DNA of 64,000 nt from Bacteroidota bacterium (GTDB lineage: Bacteria; Bacteroidota; Bacteroidia; 2-12-FULL-35-15): contig CANJPX010000002.1 in assembly GCA_947476185.1 (NCBI GenBank), positions 2,810 through 66,809 on the forward strand, in the 5' to 3' direction. The position numbers and the translations under genes were made by a program. The notes under the pieces were generated by a model. It was given only the letters and a program-made list of their open reading frames with translations. It was not told where the DNA came from and did no database searches. Every line of letters begins with the position of its first letter. The first letter of the stretch is position 1. Below are positions 11,022 through 21,467 of this stretch, piece after piece.

Positions 11022-12536
11022 ATGTTAAGCATACAAAAAACAATCCTCTTATTAGACAATGTTCATTTCGAAGAATTTAAACTTCATTTGAAAAAGAATA
11101 ATGCTGAGTTACCTCTGAAATTAATTTTGCAGATCCGTAAAGATGATTGGAAACAAAAAGAATCGGATGATCTTTGCAAAGATGTGTATGGCTCGAAAGA
11201 TGAGAAAAGCAAAAAGAAATTTTTTCAATTGGTGCATTACACATTTCGCCTGACTTCCTACTTAAGCCGAAATCACCCTTCCTATCTCACCTATAACATT
11301 TCTAAACTTGAACAACTAATAAATAAGGGAGAGTTAGAGAAAGCGAACAAACTAGCGGAAATACTTTTAGATGTTTCTGAAAAGATAGAAGATTTTCCGA
11401 CTGCAATAGCTGTGCTTAAATATTTTGCACAACAATCATACATCACAGAAAATAAAAACAATTCGATAAAATTTCATCAACGGATAAGTGATCTGCTTAA
11501 GTATGAACATATCACTAATCAGATGTATTTGTATATGCGCCAGAATCTTAATTTAAAGGGCAAAAGTGCATTATCAGACAAAGAAATGGAAGAGCATTTG
11601 CGATTTTATGACAAGTATCGCAACCACGAATGCCTAAGCTTACAAATGTTGAGCCGCTACGCATATTGTCATACCTTAAACTATTTGAATGACATCCGTT
11701 TTTACAGTCAGGAAACCATAGATGAGATAGATAGTCTGATGAGTGATCTGGAGAAAAATGCTTTTGTGATCTTTTCCTTTTCAGACGACATACAATTAAA
11801 TGTTGATTATTTAAAATTAAAACATCTGATTGGTTCAATGAGTAAAGATGAACTGCAGAAAGAAACCGCATTTTTTATTAAACAACGCGAACCGCTTCGT
11901 TTTTGGAAAAACTATGTAAACACTCCTGAGATAATTTATCTGAGCATCCAGGCGAGTTATTTCATGACGCATTATGGATATGGGTACAAAAAAGATTTTA
12001 ATGAAAATCTACCGAAAGAAATAAAAACTCAAATTGAGTTTTATAAACAAAAATGCGAAGAGGTTTTAGCAAAACCTATTTGGAATGAAGGAATGCATGT
12101 TCGATTCATCAATTTAAATAATATTTATTGCGGATTTTTAATTTTAGGTAGCAAAAGCGACATTAAAAAAGCTGTCGAGAAATTAGAATACCTATTAGTG
12201 AATTTCCAGCAAATTGCTTTTCAACGATTGTATGATGCATTATTTGCAACATTGATCCTTGGATATTTCTTTTTGGATGACACAGAAAGTATTCAGGAAT
12301 GTTATAAGCGTTATGAAAAACTAACGGCTAATCTCAATAAGAATGTAGAAAATGATCTGTCTATCAAAGCGATATATTATGCTTCACAATATAACAGCAC
12401 CCAGAGAAAACAGTATACAGAAAAACTACAAGGTGTATTGACCAAAGCTGCTGAAAACGGAAAATTAAAACACCTCGAACATTTTATAAATGATGTTGTC
12501 AGTTATTTTAATATTCCGATCAAAGAAATAAAATAA
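11022..12536 (+). CDS. hypothetical cytoplasmic protein, predicted all-alpha/TPR-like, 504 aa
   Basis: No signal peptide, no catalytic motif recognised. K/E-rich helical sequence. Confidence 0.5.
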   Translation: MLSIQKTILLLDNVHFEEFKLHLKKNNAELPLKLILQIRKDDWKQKESDDLCKDVYGSKDEKSKKKFFQLVHYTFRLTSYLSRNHPSYLTYNISKLEQLINKGELEKANKLAEILLDVSEKIEDFPTAIAVLKYFAQQSYITENKNNSIKFHQRISDLLKYEHITNQMYLYMRQNLNLKGKSALSDKEMEEHLRFYDKYRNHECLSLQMLSRYAYCHTLNYLNDIRFYSQETIDEIDSLMSDLEKNAFVIFSFSDDIQLNVDYLKLKHLIGSMSKDELQKETAFFIKQREPLRFWKNYVNTPEIIYLSIQASYFMTHYGYGYKKDFNENLPKEIKTQIEFYKQKCEEVLAKPIWNEGMHVRFINLNNIYCGFLILGSKSDIKKAVEKLEYLLVNFQQIAFQRLYDALFATLILGYFFLDDTESIQECYKRYEKLTANLNKNVENDLSIKAIYYASQYNSTQRKQYTEKLQGVLTKAAENGKLKHLEHFINDVVSYFNIPIKEIK

Positions 12537-12548
12537 TTAAGTGCTTTT

Positions 12549-15212
12549 TTAATTTAGATAGGTCTTTGCTTTTTCTAAAGCCTTCCCAATTCCTTGCAAA
12601 TTACTTCCACCGGCATTCGCGTAAAATGGTTGTCCACCTCCACCTCCTTGAATTTCTTTTGCTATATCACGCATGATGGTTCCGGCATTCAAGTTTTTAT
12701 CTTTCACTAGATTATCGGAAATAATAATTGATAAACTCGGCTTTCCTTTCACCTCCGCACCAATCACCATAAATAAATTATCAACCTGACTTCGCACCTC
12801 ATACAAAAGATCTTTTATAGCATCCGCTGAATCCAGATCAATTTTTTCGGCAATGAAATTTATTCCGTTGACAGCTTGTTTTTTTGAAAGCAATTCTGTT
12901 TTAATACCTTTTGCTTTTTCCCGAAACATCTGGTCGATCTGTTTTTGCAATTCTGATGTATGCTCCAATAAACTCTGAATGCTTTTTACAACATCTTTCG
13001 GATTCTTCAACAATTCCTTTACATCATTTACTAATTTGTTTTGTTCATTAAAATACGCTTCTGCTTTAACAGATGTAATTGCTTCGATACGTCTGATACC
13101 CGCAGCAACAGCACCTTCCGAAACGATCTTAAATAATCCAATTTGTCCCGTTGCAGGAACATGTGTACCACCACATAACTCTATTGAATAATTCTTATCA
13201 AATGTCACGACACGAACCAAGTCACCATATTTTTCTCCAAATAAAGCCATCGCACCTGTTTTCCGTGCATCATCAATTGGCATTTCTTTAATACTGGAAG
13301 AAATATTTTCACGGATCTTCTGATTAACCAATGCTTCGATCTGTGCGATCTCCTCATCCGTTATTTTTGAAAAATGTGAAAAGTCGAAACGTAAATATTC
13401 ATCGTTCACCAAACTTCCTTTTTGTTCCACATGCGTTCCTAGAACTTTGCGCAAGGCAGCATGCATCAAGTGTGTGGTGCTATGATTATTTTCTGTCAAC
13501 TGACGTTTTTCAACATTTACTCTTGCATAAAATGTCTGTGTAAAATTCTCAGGAAGTTTATCTGTAAAATGAATAATTATTCCATTCTCCTTTTTTGTAT
13601 CTGTAACATTGATCTTTTCATTCGCAGATTCCAAAACTCCCACATCACCAACTTGCCCTCCACTCTCAGCATAAAAAGGTGTTTTATCCAACACCACCTG
13701 AAATTGTTCTTTCCCTTTTGCTTTTACCTTTCTGTATTTGATGATCTTACTTTCAGTCTCCAAATGTTCATAGCCAACAAAATTCACTTCTTGAATCTTA
13801 TTACCGGAATCCTGGTTCTTGACCTCTATCCAATCACCAGTGTCAACGGCTGTTGCTTCTCGGGAGCGATTTTTTTGTTTTTCTAATTCTTTCTGAAATC
13901 CTTCCTCATCGATACTTAAACCATAACCACGTGCTATCAAAGATGTAAGATCGATAGGGAAACCAAATGTATCATACAACTCAAAAACTATCGCCCCATC
14001 CACTATTTGTTTTTTATCTCTGATGGTATTTGCACAAACCTGATCAATGCGTTTTAATCCATTTTCCAATGTCCTGAAAAAAGCGATCTCTTCTTCCTTT
14101 ATTACTTTTTCGATCAGCAATTTCTGCGATACTAATTCAGGAAAAGCATGTCCCATCTGATGTGCCAAAACAGGAACCAAACGGTACATGAATGGCTCTT
14201 TCAAATTCAAGGATTGATATCCATAACGGATTGCTCTGCGCAAAATCCTACGAATAACATACCCTGCACCTGTATTTGAAGGTAATTGTCCGTCAGCAAT
14301 ACTAAAAGAAATAGCGCGGATATGATCTGCAATAACACGCATTGCAATATTAATGATCAATTGTTTCTGGTGCTTTTCTTCTTCAAAAGGCTTATATCTT
14401 AATCCTGAAAGTTCTTCTATCTTATCGATAACAGGTTTGAAAACATCGGTATCATAATTTGACTGTTTCCCTTGTAACACACGTACCAAACGCTCAAAGC
14501 CCATTCCTGTATCCACATGTTGCTTTGGAAGTTTTACCAAAGAGCCATCTGCCTTTCGCTCAAACTCCATAAACACATTGTTCCAAACTTCAATCACCTG
14601 AGGGTCATCATTATTTACACGCGATGCGCCACCAACTTTTGCAATTTCTTCAAGTGTTCTTCCATCATAATGAATTTCAGAACATGGTCCGCAAGGACCG
14701 ATATCACCCATTTCCCAGAAATTATCCTTTTTATTTCCACGCAATATCCGTTCTTCCGGAATAAATTGTTTCCAGATATCGAAAGCTTCCTGATCAAATC
14801 CCAAATTATCTTCTTTGCTACCTTCAAAAACGGTAACGTATAATCTGGATTTATCTATTTTGTATACCTCTGTAAGTAATTCCCAAGCCCAAGTAATAGC
14901 ATCCTTTTTAAAATAATCACCAAAGCTCCAATTACCAAGCATTTCAAACATGGTATGATGATACGTGTCCACACCCACTTCTTCCAGATCGTTGTGTTTA
15001 CCGCTTACGCGAAGACATTTCTGAGTATCAACAACACGTGGGAATTTTATCGGAGAGTTCCCTAAAAACAGATCCTTAAAGGGGGCCATCCCCGAATTAA
15101 TGAACATAAGAGTTGGGTCGTTTTTCACAACCATAGGAGACGATGGCACAATTTCATGACCTTTCGACTTAAAAAAATCTAAAAATGTTTGACGTACTTT
15201 ACTTGATTCCAT
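12549..15212 (-). CDS. alaS: alanine--tRNA ligase
   Basis: Class II aaRS. N-terminal [21 protein letters not shown]-terminal DHHA1-like GGGG motif. Start moved to the internal Met. Confidence 0.93.
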   Translation of the reverse strand: MESSKVRQTFLDFFKSKGHEIVPSSPMVVKNDPTLMFINSGMAPFKDLFLGNSPIKFPRVVDTQKCLRVSGKHNDLEEVGVDTYHHTMFEMLGNWSFGDYFKKDAITWAWELLTEVYKIDKSRLYVTVFEGSKEDNLGFDQEAFDIWKQFIPEERILRGNKKDNFWEMGDIGPCGPCSEIHYDGRTLEEIAKVGGASRVNNDDPQVIEVWNNVFMEFERKADGSLVKLPKQHVDTGMGFERLVRVLQGKQSNYDTDVFKPVIDKIEELSGLRYKPFEEEKHQKQLIINIAMRVIADHIRAISFSIADGQLPSNTGAGYVIRRILRRAIRYGYQSLNLKEPFMYRLVPVLAHQMGHAFPELVSQKLLIEKVIKEEEIAFFRTLENGLKRIDQVCANTIRDKKQIVDGAIVFELYDTFGFPIDLTSLIARGYGLSIDEEGFQKELEKQKNRSREATAVDTGDWIEVKNQDSGNKIQEVNFVGYEHLETESKIIKYRKVKAKGKEQFQVVLDKTPFYAESGGQVGDVGVLESANEKINVTDTKKENGIIIHFTDKLPENFTQTFYARVNVEKRQLTENNHSTTHLMHAALRKVLGTHVEQKGSLVNDEYLRFDFSHFSKITDEEIAQIEALVNQKIRENISSSIKEMPIDDARKTGAMALFGEKYGDLVRVVTFDKNYSIELCGGTHVPATGQIGLFKIVSEGAVAAGIRRIEAITSVKAEAYFNEQNKLVNDVKELLKNPKDVVKSIQSLLEHTSELQKQIDQMFREKAKGIKTELLSKKQAVNGINFIAEKIDLDSADAIKDLLYEVRSQVDNLFMVIGAEVKGKPSLSIIISDNLVKDKNLNAGTIMRDIAKEIQGGGGGQPFYANAGGSNLQGIGKALEKAKTYLN

Positions 15213-15370
15213 TCTATTATCCAGTTCAATGTTTGAAAGTTTAAAGATCAAAGTCTTGGAAAAGATATATAAACATTATCTATTTGCCATTCCCGACTTT
15301 CTATTCCCTTAAACAAGATTGCAAATTTAGTTTATTTGCGTAAATTCGCATTAAGCAAAGCCAATAAATA

Positions 15371-16342
15371 TTGAGCAAGATCAAATATAAATTTAACACC
15401 AAGTCGCTCACTTATGAAAAAGTGACTGTGCCTATTCGTAAAAGAGTATGGCAGGTACTTTCCTATCTGGCTATCGGCTTAGTATTTGCCACTGCGACCA
15501 TCCTATTTGCTTTTAAATACCTGAATTCCCCGAAAGAAAAACAATTACAAAGAGAAATTGCAGAATTGACGATACAATTTGAGCTATTAAATAGCAGAAT
15601 GGGTGAGGTATCAGAAGTATTGGATGATATTCAGGAGCGTGACAACAATGTTTACCGAACCATTTTTGAGGCCGAGCCTATTCCTGCCAGTATTCGGCAA
15701 GCAGGTTTTGGTGGTGTTGACCGCTATAAAGCATTGCAAGGCTTTAACAACTCCGACCTGATGATCGAGACCAGTAAACGCCTAGACAGGATCAGTAAAC
15801 AGTTATATATCCAGTCAAAATCTTTTGATGAAGTAGTAACATTAGTGAAAGGGAAAGCGCAATTGTTGGCTTCCATTCCGGCAATTCAACCGATTGCGAA
15901 CGAAGACCTGAAACATCAACCGGGAGGTTTCGGCTGGAGAACACACCCTATCTATAAAACACCTGAGTTCCATCCGGGGATGGATTTTGCGGCTCCGCAA
16001 GGAACCGAGATCAGAGCAACAGGCGATGGCGTTATTGAACGTGCTGATGCTACTGCCCAAGGTTATGGAAATCATGTGGTCATCAACCATGGTTATGGTT
16101 ACGAAACCTTATATGGTCATATGCTGAAATTTGTTGTTCATGCCGGACAAAAAATAAAACGCGGACAATTAATCGGCTATGTTGGAAGCACAGGACTTTC
16201 CACGGCTCCCCATGTTCATTATGAGGTTCACAAAAATGGTCAGATCGTAAATCCTATTAATTTTTATTACAACGACTTAACGCCACAACAATACCAAAAG
16301 CTGATCGAACTTTCAGAACAATCGTCTCAGTCGTTTGACTAG
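15371..16342 (+). CDS. M23-family (LytM-type) peptidoglycan endopeptidase with N-terminal TM anchor
   Basis: HPGMDFAAPQGTEIRATGDG...HVHYEV zinc-ligand motifs. Confidence 0.85.
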   Translation: MSKIKYKFNTKSLTYEKVTVPIRKRVWQVLSYLAIGLVFATATILFAFKYLNSPKEKQLQREIAELTIQFELLNSRMGEVSEVLDDIQERDNNVYRTIFEAEPIPASIRQAGFGGVDRYKALQGFNNSDLMIETSKRLDRISKQLYIQSKSFDEVVTLVKGKAQLLASIPAIQPIANEDLKHQPGGFGWRTHPIYKTPEFHPGMDFAAPQGTEIRATGDGVIERADATAQGYGNHVVINHGYGYETLYGHMLKFVVHAGQKIKRGQLIGYVGSTGLSTAPHVHYEVHKNGQIVNPINFYYNDLTPQQYQKLIELSEQSSQSFD

Positions 16343-16473
16343 CAGGACTCAAGATTTAAGACACAAGAATCAAGATTTATATAGAGTACACAAAATGAAT
16401 AAATTACATTATATTTGTTAAGCACAATTTAAAACTCTCTAAATCACCAACTCAACAAACCTCTAATTGAACC

Positions 16474-16833
16474 TTGCCTTATAAAGAAACAGATATCGTT
16501 AAATTGTACTACACCATAGGTGAAGTTTCGGAGATGTTTGATGTGAACACTTCCCTGATCCGCTTTTGGGAAAAGGAATTTGATATTATCAAACCGAAGA
16601 AAAATAAAAAAGGCAATCGTTTATTTACTCCCGAAGACATTGATAACTTTAAAGTGATATACAACCTTGTAAAAGAACAAGGCTTGACGTTGGATGGTGC
16701 AAAAAAATATCTGAAAGAAAATAGGAAAACGGTAAAACACGAAATGAAGATCGAGAAAAATCAATTTTCAGAAATAGAGAATAAATTGAGATCCATTAAG
16801 AGTAATTTGATGGATATTAGGGCTTCACTTTAA
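16474..16833 (+). CDS. MerR-family transcriptional regulator (HTH plus coiled-coil)
   Basis: YTIGEVSEMFDVNTSLIRFWEKEF helix-turn-helix. 119 aa. Confidence 0.6.
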   Translation: MPYKETDIVKLYYTIGEVSEMFDVNTSLIRFWEKEFDIIKPKKNKKGNRLFTPEDIDNFKVIYNLVKEQGLTLDGAKKYLKENRKTVKHEMKIEKNQFSEIENKLRSIKSNLMDIRASL

Positions 16834-16905
16834 TAACACTTCTGCTAATTTCACATAAAACAAATTGAGTAGATAGATCATTTTCATACTTAAACGTCAC
16901 AACAA

Positions 16906-17529
16906 ATGAGAAAATTACTGACAATATTAACTGTTAGTGTATTATTTTCTTCATGCCAAAAAAAAGATGAAAAGCCCAATTTTACACATGGGAAGATTAA
17001 TCCTAATCTTTATTCATATATATTTGACACTGGGTCTTATTGGATTTATAAAGACACTATTACCAATAGCATAGATAGTACAATTGTGACAAGCATAATA
17101 AAGGATGTTTATTTATATCCTGTAACTGGTCCAGGACAAGGACATCCGGGAGACGAGGAATATTTTTACATTTCCTGTCTAACTTATCCTGCAAATACTG
17201 TATCATATGACGTTCTAATGCTTTCAGAAATAGGAACAACCGCACCATTATGGTATGGTCCAATTAAGTATATCTCTACTAAAAATATCGGATCTACATT
17301 TCAAAATGCTAAAATTGAAAATATTATTGACTCCTTAAGTGTTGAAGGGGAAATGTATTATAACGTAATAAAAATGCAGAGCCTACCAAATCTAAGTTCA
17401 ACAATTACTAATTATTATTATTACGTTGATAACATTGGAGTAATAAAAAAAGAAACTTTGACAGGCACTATTCTAACAGGCACTTGGAATTTATTACGCT
17501 ATAACACAATAATAAAACCATACTTTTAG
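16906..17529 (+). CDS. hypothetical lipoprotein
   Basis: Signal peptide with LFSSC lipobox. No known domain. Confidence 0.5.
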   Translation: MRKLLTILTVSVLFSSCQKKDEKPNFTHGKINPNLYSYIFDTGSYWIYKDTITNSIDSTIVTSIIKDVYLYPVTGPGQGHPGDEEYFYISCLTYPANTVSYDVLMLSEIGTTAPLWYGPIKYISTKNIGSTFQNAKIENIIDSLSVEGEMYYNVIKMQSLPNLSSTITNYYYYVDNIGVIKKETLTGTILTGTWNLLRYNTIIKPYF

Positions 17530-18491
17530 TAATATTTCTTCCCTACCAAATAATTTTTCACATAATCCTGTACACCTTCTTCCAGCGTATGAAAAGGTTT
17601 TGAGTAACCGATTGATTTTAGTTTTGTCATATTTGCTTCAGTAAAATATTGGTATTTATCACGAATATCAATTGGAGTATCGATGAATTCGATATTTGGT
17701 TGTTTATTTACTCCGGCAAATGTATTTTTTACCAGATCTAAAAAAGTACGTGCTTTTCCTGAACCTAAATTATAAATTCCGGAATCTTTTCTGTGCTGTA
17801 ATAAAAAGCAACACACTTCCACAACATCTTTTACATAAACAAAATCACGAAGCTGCTCGCCATCTTTATAATCGGGATTGTGAGAACGGAATAATTTTAC
17901 AGCGCCTTTTTCCAGGATCTGATTAAATGCATGCATGATCACAGAAGCCATTCTTCCTTTATGAAATTCGTTCGGTCCGTATACATTAAAGAATTTTAAT
18001 CCAACCCAGAAATATGGTTTTTTCTCTTGTTTGATCGCCCATTTATCAAAATCATTTTTAGAATCTCCGTAAGGATTTAATGGTTTCAATTTATCAATCA
18101 CTTCATGATTATCTTCATATCCAAATTCGCCTAAACCGTATGTTGCTGCAGAGGAAGCATAAACAAGAGGCAATCCGAATTCCACACAAACTTTCCAAAG
18201 GTCTTTCGTATAATTAAGATTCAGTCTGTCAAATATTTCCTTATTAAATTCGGTAGTATCCGTACGGGCACCAATATGAAAAACAAATTGCACCAAGCGC
18301 TGATTATCTTTCAGCCATTGAATAAAATCATCCCGATGAACTTTTTGGGAATACTTTTTACCCTCGAGATTTTTCATTTTTTCTGCTGATGAAAAATCAT
18401 CTACCAGTATCAGATCTACAAATCCTTCCTGATTAAGTTTGCTAACCAAGCAACTTCCAATAAAACCTGCGGCACCTGTAACTATTATCAT
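17526..18491 (-). CDS. hldD: ADP-L-glycero-D-manno-heptose 6-epimerase
   Basis: MIIVTGAAGFIGS, YASSAATYG, FNVYGPNEFHKGRMASV and C-terminal KPF...EGV are colinear with E. coli HldD/RfaD. Confidence 0.85.
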   Translation of the reverse strand: MIIVTGAAGFIGSCLVSKLNQEGFVDLILVDDFSSAEKMKNLEGKKYSQKVHRDDFIQWLKDNQRLVQFVFHIGARTDTTEFNKEIFDRLNLNYTKDLWKVCVEFGLPLVYASSAATYGLGEFGYEDNHEVIDKLKPLNPYGDSKNDFDKWAIKQEKKPYFWVGLKFFNVYGPNEFHKGRMASVIMHAFNQILEKGAVKLFRSHNPDYKDGEQLRDFVYVKDVVEVCCFLLQHRKDSGIYNLGSGKARTFLDLVKNTFAGVNKQPNIEFIDTPIDIRDKYQYFTEANMTKLKSIGYSKPFHTLEEGVQDYVKNYLVGKKYY

Positions 18492-18592
18492 TATGAATAC
18501 GAATTTAAATTTTTGACTTTAACAAACATCTTTGACACCCTCCTAACCCCTCTCGAGAGGGGAATGCATTTCATCCACAAAAACTTTGAACT

Positions 18593-19447
18593 TTACACTA
18601 AAAATATGTCTTCTTCAATTTTATTTATCACACCCAATTCCTGAGCTTTATCAAAAAGTAATTGAACTGCTCTTTTCCCTTCGATTCCAAGGCCAACCGA
18701 ATATTTATTGACATAAAGACCGATGTGTTTATACATCACCTCTTCACTCATTTCCTGAGCATTTTCTTTTACAAAGTTAAGACTAGATTCAGGGTTTGCA
18801 AATGCATATTCCACACTTTTGCGTAACACCCGATCGAATTTATTTTTCAGATCAGTGGAACTATTTCTCTTTATAACGATACCTCCTAAAGGGATTGGAG
18901 CATTTGAAAGCGTTTCCCAATATTCACCAAGATCAATAATTTTTTTCAATCCTTTTTCTTCGTAGGTAAAACGATTTTCATGAATGATCAATCCTGCATC
19001 AACTTTCCCTGATAATACAGCTTCTTCTATTTCTGAAAATATCATTTCCACTTTATTTTTTGCTTCTGGAAAGGCCAAGGATAAAAGAAAGTTAGCGGTA
19101 GTATATTTCCCGGGAATGGCAATGTGTGTAGCGCTTTGAACTTGCATATTTGAACTTGCAACTAATAAAGGCCCGCAACCATTTCCCAAAGCGCTTCCGG
19201 CATTCAAAAGTTGATAAGGTTTTGTAAGGTAGGCATATGCGTGGTAGCTCAATTTTGTGACGTCCAACTCAGCGCGAAATGCCTTTTGATTCAACGTTTC
19301 AACATCTTCCATAAAGACGTCGAATTGCAAACCTTCCGTATCTATCTTGCCATGAAGCATCGCATCAAAAATGAAACAATCATTCGGGCAAGGGCTAAAT
19401 CCTAAAGTAACAGTGGTTGGATGTTGGTTGTTAGTTGTTGGACTCAT
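18593..19447 (-). CDS. mqnD: futalosine-pathway menaquinone biosynthesis protein, MqnA/MqnD family (probably 1,4-dihydroxy-6-naphthoate synthase)
   Basis: LGFSPCPNDCFIFDA N-terminal motif of the VitK2_biosynth family. Adjacent to mqnB. Confidence 0.6.
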   Translation of the reverse strand: MSPTTNNQHPTTVTLGFSPCPNDCFIFDAMLHGKIDTEGLQFDVFMEDVETLNQKAFRAELDVTKLSYHAYAYLTKPYQLLNAGSALGNGCGPLLVASSNMQVQSATHIAIPGKYTTANFLLSLAFPEAKNKVEMIFSEIEEAVLSGKVDAGLIIHENRFTYEEKGLKKIIDLGEYWETLSNAPIPLGGIVIKRNSSTDLKNKFDRVLRKSVEYAFANPESSLNFVKENAQEMSEEVMYKHIGLYVNKYSVGLGIEGKRAVQLLFDKAQELGVINKIEEDIFLV

Positions 19448-20109
19448 CAGTTATTTAATGCTTCTAAAATCTCAATCACTTGTTTATTTAAATTTTCAAT
19501 TGCCAAAGGAATATTCCATGAATCTTTATTTCTCTTTTCCACATAATTAGAAACAGCTCTTATCTGCACATATGGAATATTTTCATTTTCACAAACAAAC
19601 ATAAATGCAGCTCCTTCCATGCTTTCAACATTGGGATGAAAATTATCCAACACTTGTTTTATGCTCGCTTCATTTCCATGAGATGTGTTTACAGTTATCC
19701 CGGTAACCTTTGGAATAGACTCAATGACAGGATGCAAAGCGCCACTCTTATTTTCGATCTTGGATATCCCCGGTAAATTCAATGCTTCGAGTGTTAAAAA
19801 TTTATCGTCATCTTCGGCTCCCAATTCCGAAAAGCTATCTTCGTAAATATTCACAATTTCTCCCATCTCCAAATTGCGGTTAAAACTTCCGCAAATACCT
19901 ATATTTAAAGCTATATCATAGCTATCATCTAATACTTTGCCGGTGAAATATGAAGTCGCCACCATGCCTACTCCTGTTATCAAAAAATCGATCTCCAGGT
20001 CCTTGTACTTGCAAAAGAAGATCGTGCCATTGTGAGAATCAACAGCGCTCATTTTTTCCAGTAAGGAACCGATCTCAAACTTAGTAGCAGAAACAATCAA
20101 TATTTTCAT
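19447..20109 (-). CDS. mqnB: futalosine hydrolase (PNP/MTA-nucleosidase fold)
   Basis: MKILIVSATKFE... and ESMEGAA motifs. 220 aa. 1-nt overlap with mqnD. Confidence 0.7.
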   Translation of the reverse strand: MKILIVSATKFEIGSLLEKMSAVDSHNGTIFFCKYKDLEIDFLITGVGMVATSYFTGKVLDDSYDIALNIGICGSFNRNLEMGEIVNIYEDSFSELGAEDDDKFLTLEALNLPGISKIENKSGALHPVIESIPKVTGITVNTSHGNEASIKQVLDNFHPNVESMEGAAFMFVCENENIPYVQIRAVSNYVEKRNKDSWNIPLAIENLNKQVIEILEALNN

Positions 20110-20176
20110 CAGAACAAAGATAGTTATCTTCTAATTAAAAAAAGATAACTTATTCTTAATATGCATTGCCGGTTCG

Positions 20177-20212
20177 TTTTGGTGCATATATTCGGAAGAT
20201 AACTTATATTTG
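20177..20212 (+). promoter_or_regulatory. candidate Bacteroidota sigma-A promoter for queD (TTTG ... TATATTTG)
   Basis: TATATTTG (TAnnTTTG -7 box) at 20205-20212, ~19 nt upstream of ATG 20231. TTTG at 20178-20181. Confidence 0.3.
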
Positions 20213-20230
20213 TACCCTATTTTACAAGCA

Positions 20231-20644
20231 ATGATTTACATAACACGAAGAGAACTTTTTAATGCAGCGCATAAATTGCATAACCCCAATTGGACTGACG
20301 AACAAAATACGGAAGTCTTTGGGAAATGTTCAAATCCAAATTGGCATGGACACAATTATAATTTATATGTTACGGTAAAAGGAAAAGTAAATAAAGACAC
20401 AGGATATATTGTTAATTTAAAACAATTAAGTGTAATTATCAAAACCCATATCATAGAAAAACTGGATCATAAAAATTTGAATTTAGATGTTGATTTTATG
20501 AAAGGCTTGATGCCTTCAACTGAGAATGTAGCCATTGCCATCTGGAAAGAACTTTTACCACATATTGATAAGTTGGATTGTAAATTACATTGCGTTAAAT
20601 TATTCGAGACAGAAAATAATTATGTAGAATATTTCGGAGAGTAG
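20231..20644 (+). CDS. queD: 6-carboxy-5,6,7,8-tetrahydropterin synthase / 6-pyruvoyl-tetrahydropterin synthase family
   Basis: CSNPNWHGHNY (Cx5HGH) motif. ~137 aa from the ATG at 20231; the ORF track begins at an upstream TTG. Confidence 0.8.
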   Translation: MIYITRRELFNAAHKLHNPNWTDEQNTEVFGKCSNPNWHGHNYNLYVTVKGKVNKDTGYIVNLKQLSVIIKTHIIEKLDHKNLNLDVDFMKGLMPSTENVAIAIWKELLPHIDKLDCKLHCVKLFETENNYVEYFGE

Positions 20645-20751
20645 ATATCTGCGAATTACGCACTTCAACTCCGCTCAGGGCGACAACAAAATAATAGCTG
20701 CAGAATTATACATTGTAAAAACACAGCAATACCAATTAACTAATTAACTGA

Positions 20752-21375
20752 ATGGGACACGATGAATTTGATGATGTAGAAGGATACAAGAAGATCGACA
20801 GGTATAACCTGAAGATCGTAAGTGAAATTGCATCAAAATACAAAACCATATTAACAGATATGGGAGAAAATCCCGATCGGGAGGGACTGCTGAAAACGCC
20901 GGAGCGTGTTGCAAAAGCAATGCAATATCTGACACATGGCTATGACCTGAACCCTGCGGAGATCTTAAAATCTGCAATGTTCAAGGAAGATTACAGTCAA
21001 ATGGTCATCGTAAAGGATATTGAGGTTTATAGCATGTGTGAACATCATATGCTTCCCTTTTTCGGAAAAGCTCATGTGGCTTATATCCCAAATGGTTGTG
21101 TTGTAGGACTAAGTAAAATTCCACGTGTTGTTGATGCATTCGCACGCAGACTTCAGGTACAGGAACGGTTAACCAACGAGATCAGGGATTGTATTCAGAA
21201 CACGCTTAATCCATTTGGAGTGGCTGTTGTTATTGAATGTTCTCATTTATGTATGCAGATGCGTGGGATCCAAAAACAAAATTCTGTAACTACAACATCT
21301 GCATTTACGGGAGCATTTTTAAAAGATACGACCAGAAAAGAGTTCATTAGCTTGATAGGCTCCAAACTGCATTAA
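20752..21375 (+). CDS. folE: GTP cyclohydrolase I
   Basis: [18 protein letters not shown] motif. 207 aa. Confidence 0.92.
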   Translation: MGHDEFDDVEGYKKIDRYNLKIVSEIASKYKTILTDMGENPDREGLLKTPERVAKAMQYLTHGYDLNPAEILKSAMFKEDYSQMVIVKDIEVYSMCEHHMLPFFGKAHVAYIPNGCVVGLSKIPRVVDAFARRLQVQERLTNEIRDCIQNTLNPFGVAVVIECSHLCMQMRGIQKQNSVTTTSAFTGAFLKDTTRKEFISLIGSKLH

Positions 21376-21467
21376 TTGTAAAATTTTGTTAACGCATCTG
21401 ACATTTTTGCATAAAAGCACAATCGGTATTATCTTTGTACTAATAAAATTACAAAAAATAAAAAAAT

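Noticed and set aside
12549-15251. N-terminal extensions suggested by the ORF track for alaS, ung (8614), tex (56245), nosF (62300), queD (20210) and the 6616..7458 ORF
   Set aside because: Several listed starts are TTG/GTG or upstream in-frame codons. Internal ATGs give canonical N-termini (MESSK..., signal peptides, Walker-A spacing) and respect upstream gene boundaries.
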